Origin: Bugula neritina
Taxonomy: Eukaryota > Animalia > Bryozoa
DNA length: 64,000 nucleotides
Assembly: GCA_964035545.1 (NCBI GenBank)
Contig: OZ037773.1
Coordinates: 4,865,751-4,929,750 of the forward strand
Direction of reading: 5' to 3'
The translations under genes were made by a program, and so were the position numbers. Shown piece by piece: positions 60,679-64,000 of this stretch (position 1 is its first letter; the number at the start of each line of letters is the position of its first letter). A model generated the notes under the pieces. That model saw only the letters and a list, made by a program, of their open reading frames with translations, did no database searches and was not told the DNA's origin.

Positions 60679-62894
60679 ATGGAAATTTTTGCTGCCAGCT
60701 TCAAAATTGAAATTCTGTTGTTCCTGCTTGCTGTTAATCAGGTAACTGTCTTTATTAAACAATAATTAGGCTTTAAGTTTTGTGACAGCATCATAATAAA
60801 GAAAACATGTTCTAATTTTTTACAGTACTTACTTCAATATAATTATAAAGATATAAGATATAAGATATAAGATACGTTCTTTTTGTTTTCTTTGTATAAG
60901 CTCTTTCATGTTAATGGCACTTTATGATAACTATTTATAGCTATGTGAATCTGATGCCATTGTTGTTTGTCGGAGTCTGTGTTGACAGAATGTGAATTAC
61001 ATATCTTCATCTCTGTATTTGCTATAAGTGCAGGTACGTTAGTTTGTGAAAATGTCTAGGACATGAATGAATTGCTCAAAATGTTTAAATCAACTCCAGT
61101 CAAACTGACCAAGTTGAGTGATTCCAGCATATTTCTAAGTCAAGGCAGGCTGTTTAAAGTACACTAGTCAAGTATAATTCCAGCTATAATAACTTAAACT
61201 CAGCATTGATCAATGCAATTTCTTAAACCGAGTATTTTAAGCTTTGCGCCATGTTATTGTTTGAATTTGAAAAACTGTGTTGATAAGTTATATGGAAATG
61301 CCAGGGTATTGCAACTCCAATGTGATAATGAAGCTGCCATAAATTCGCACCTCCTGCTGTATTAATTATAGCTGTGAAGTCATTTTTTCAACCGTATTTT
61401 AAACTACTTGCATTTTCAGTGATATTAGTTTTTTTAATCTGCTGTCTAAGTTTTTAGTGCTCTGTGTTGTTGCGTGCAAACTTCGACTTATTACATGTTT
61501 TACATGAGGCTGTGTGGAACAGTGCCAAAAACTTAAAAAATTATATTCAGAAAATATCGATAAAGGGGACATATAAATAAAAATAAGAATTGCATCAAAA
61601 TAAAAATACAATTTGAGAATGCTGTAAACAACAGCGACTTGATTATTAAATTCAACCACAGCCTAAAGGTCATTACAGCAATATATATTCTGCAAGAGCT
61701 GACCAAATTAATGTTTAATATTCAGCTACCTTGCTGAGCAGTAGTGGTCTAGAGGTTAGAGTATTTGGCCTATAGGAAAGCATTATAGTCATGGGTCCAA
61801 TGCCAGCAAAGGCTATTGGTGATGTTAGGAAGAGCATCTGGTCATAATTGCTCCTGTGCTCCATCTGAATAAGGCCTTAGAGGGTTTTTCACAAGGACTG
61901 TGACTATAAACTTGCGTGAGCTCATGAGTAATCGAGTTACCACTTTGATAGTCATAGTCCAATTCTATACTTTGTTCAGGTGTTGATCAATGTGCCTCTG
62001 GCTGGGAGAGAAACCCATTCAGAAAGACATGTGTTAATGTATTTGGCCAAGTCAACAGAGCAATGGCAAAACAGAACTGTGAAGAAATGGGCGGAGCCTT
62101 AGCTATACTAAACTCTAACGAATCACTTGATTGGTTTATGGAAGTTCGGCTGACATACACAGGTGCTTTGACTAAACATATAAATCATATTTATCAATTG
62201 ATGGGGCATTTTCCCCTTGCGTGTCTAATTATAATGTTTTTGGTTAAATGGCCCATATTGATGGGTTTGAAGATGTTATTCAGTGTGACAAGTTGACTGT
62301 CACTAAGTTGGGTAGAAAATATCATGACATCTGCGTTAGAATTTTAAAGATAAGACAACCTCTGCTATGATAGACAATAATCATTATTGTTTAATCATAG
62401 GCTACCTATGTGACTATATAATTACAAGTAATAAGAGTGTAGGTCAACACCAAATAAGCATAATATATGAGTAAAACATATGAAAACTCGACACAGTTTT
62501 GAAATGTGAAGAAATCAAATGGAAAAATGCAGTTGCAACTGGTTAGTTTTTGTGCTGATTTGTAGGCTTGTTTTGCTAAAGTGCTTCTTACATTGCTTTT
62601 ACAATTGTCTACATATATATAGCTGAGTTGATATGATTATCTCAAGTTAACAAAAACATGAGACTGGTGTTTCCTTTAGAATGGCAATATATGACATATT
62701 TGGGAGCTGAAGAACTGGAATATGGAGTTTGGAAATGGGATGACGGAACTTCAGTGGACAGCAGCTATTTTAGTGAAGTAGAGCCAAATAACACTGGAGA
62801 CTGTCTTCAAGTATTTGAACTAAGTAAACCTCCTAGATTCGATGATACTGAGTGCAGTTATCACGCTCATTATGCTTGTGAACAAAAACACTAA
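60679..62894 (+). CDS. C-type lectin domain protein (EPN type); linker exon unresolved
   Basis: 63-nt signal-like exon 60679-60741 (same length and phase as in gene 1), exons 61980-62162 (CASGW...C...CEEMGGALA) and 62680-62894 (YLG, WKWDDG, EPN, FDD, YACEQ). Confidence 0.82.
61736..61920 (+). mobile_element. tRNA-derived SINE copy
   Basis: GTGGTCTAGAGGTTAGAG head, TGGTGATGTTAGGAAGAGCATCTGGTCATAATTGCTCC core, GACTATAAACTTGCGTGAG tail. Confidence 0.88.
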
Positions 62895-63409
62895 ATAAAT
62901 ATAAAGAAATGCTTCTAAACACCAAACAATTTTGAGTTTACACTCATCGGTGAAAAGAGGATATAAAAAATGATAAGGAATGGAACTATATAATGTTAAT
63001 ACCTTTTGCTCTTTTTCTGTAAATAAATATCTTGCATGTTGTATAAAAGCAAGGTTATATATTTATGATTTTCAAGCTAAGCTAGCATATGCAATTTTGA
63101 CAAAATCCTTGCTAATCCCGTATTATTTCGGAGCAATAAATGCATCAAGCAAAAAAATCATGACTTTGCTTAAAATTCTACCCGATCAACTTGGGTAATA
63201 AAATAATAGTTTAGTCTATTTCACATAGACATGTGATGTGTTTTCATTAGCACAAAATGTCATCCCAAATTAACAGCACCCTTGTTTTGTGCAAGCTAAA
63301 TGTGTCCACTTCAATCAGCCAAAATGTGGGCAAAAGTCAAAGTAAACTCAAAAGAATTTTAATATTAAAGTTAAGCAAAACTTTTATATAAAAGCTTAAA
63401 TTTATGTCT

Positions 63410-63739
<330 letters not shown>

Positions 63740-64000
63740 CTGCTGTTTTATGATTAATGTATTACTATAGAAAAGCTGATTAACTCATTGCAGTAAAAAG
63801 GGGATTTTAATGAAGCAGTTATCTTGATTAAATGGCGACATTTATTACAAAGAAGAAATATGATCTCTTGAAAATTGATTATTAAACTCACACAACTGAA
63901 AATATATATACTCAACTATGCTTGTACTCACTTTAAGATGCTTAGATAAGCATAGATAACCAATACTCAATAGTCCTACCTCTCCAATAACTTATTTTTC

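Overview
AT-rich, intron-containing animal genomic DNA (invertebrate; lophotrochozoan is an inference from gene content). In order: the 3' end of a Ty3/Gypsy LTR retrotransposon whose pol stops right after RNase H, followed by PPT and a complete 552-bp 3' LTR (Gmr1-type domain order inferred); two tandem intronless rhodopsin-like GPCR paralogs (-), each broken by one extra A in an A-run; a ~22-exon WDHD1/AND-1/Ctf4 gene (+); a small single-pass membrane protein gene (-) with an inverted, decayed copy of one exon; a membrane-anchored periaxin/AHNAK2-type PDZ gene (+); a 14-exon type I membrane glycoprotein with putative LolA/ependymin-like repeats (-); and a C-type lectin cluster (PAN+CTLD gene, pseudo-exon, second CTLD gene). 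Also present: a four-copy tRNA-derived SINE family, Kolobok-like, hAT-like and foldback MITEs, perfect palindromes, microsatellites, and two minisatellites built from 5' splice-donor motifs. All exon models were assembled by eye from GT-AG boundaries and frame continuity; homologies are recalled, not searched.
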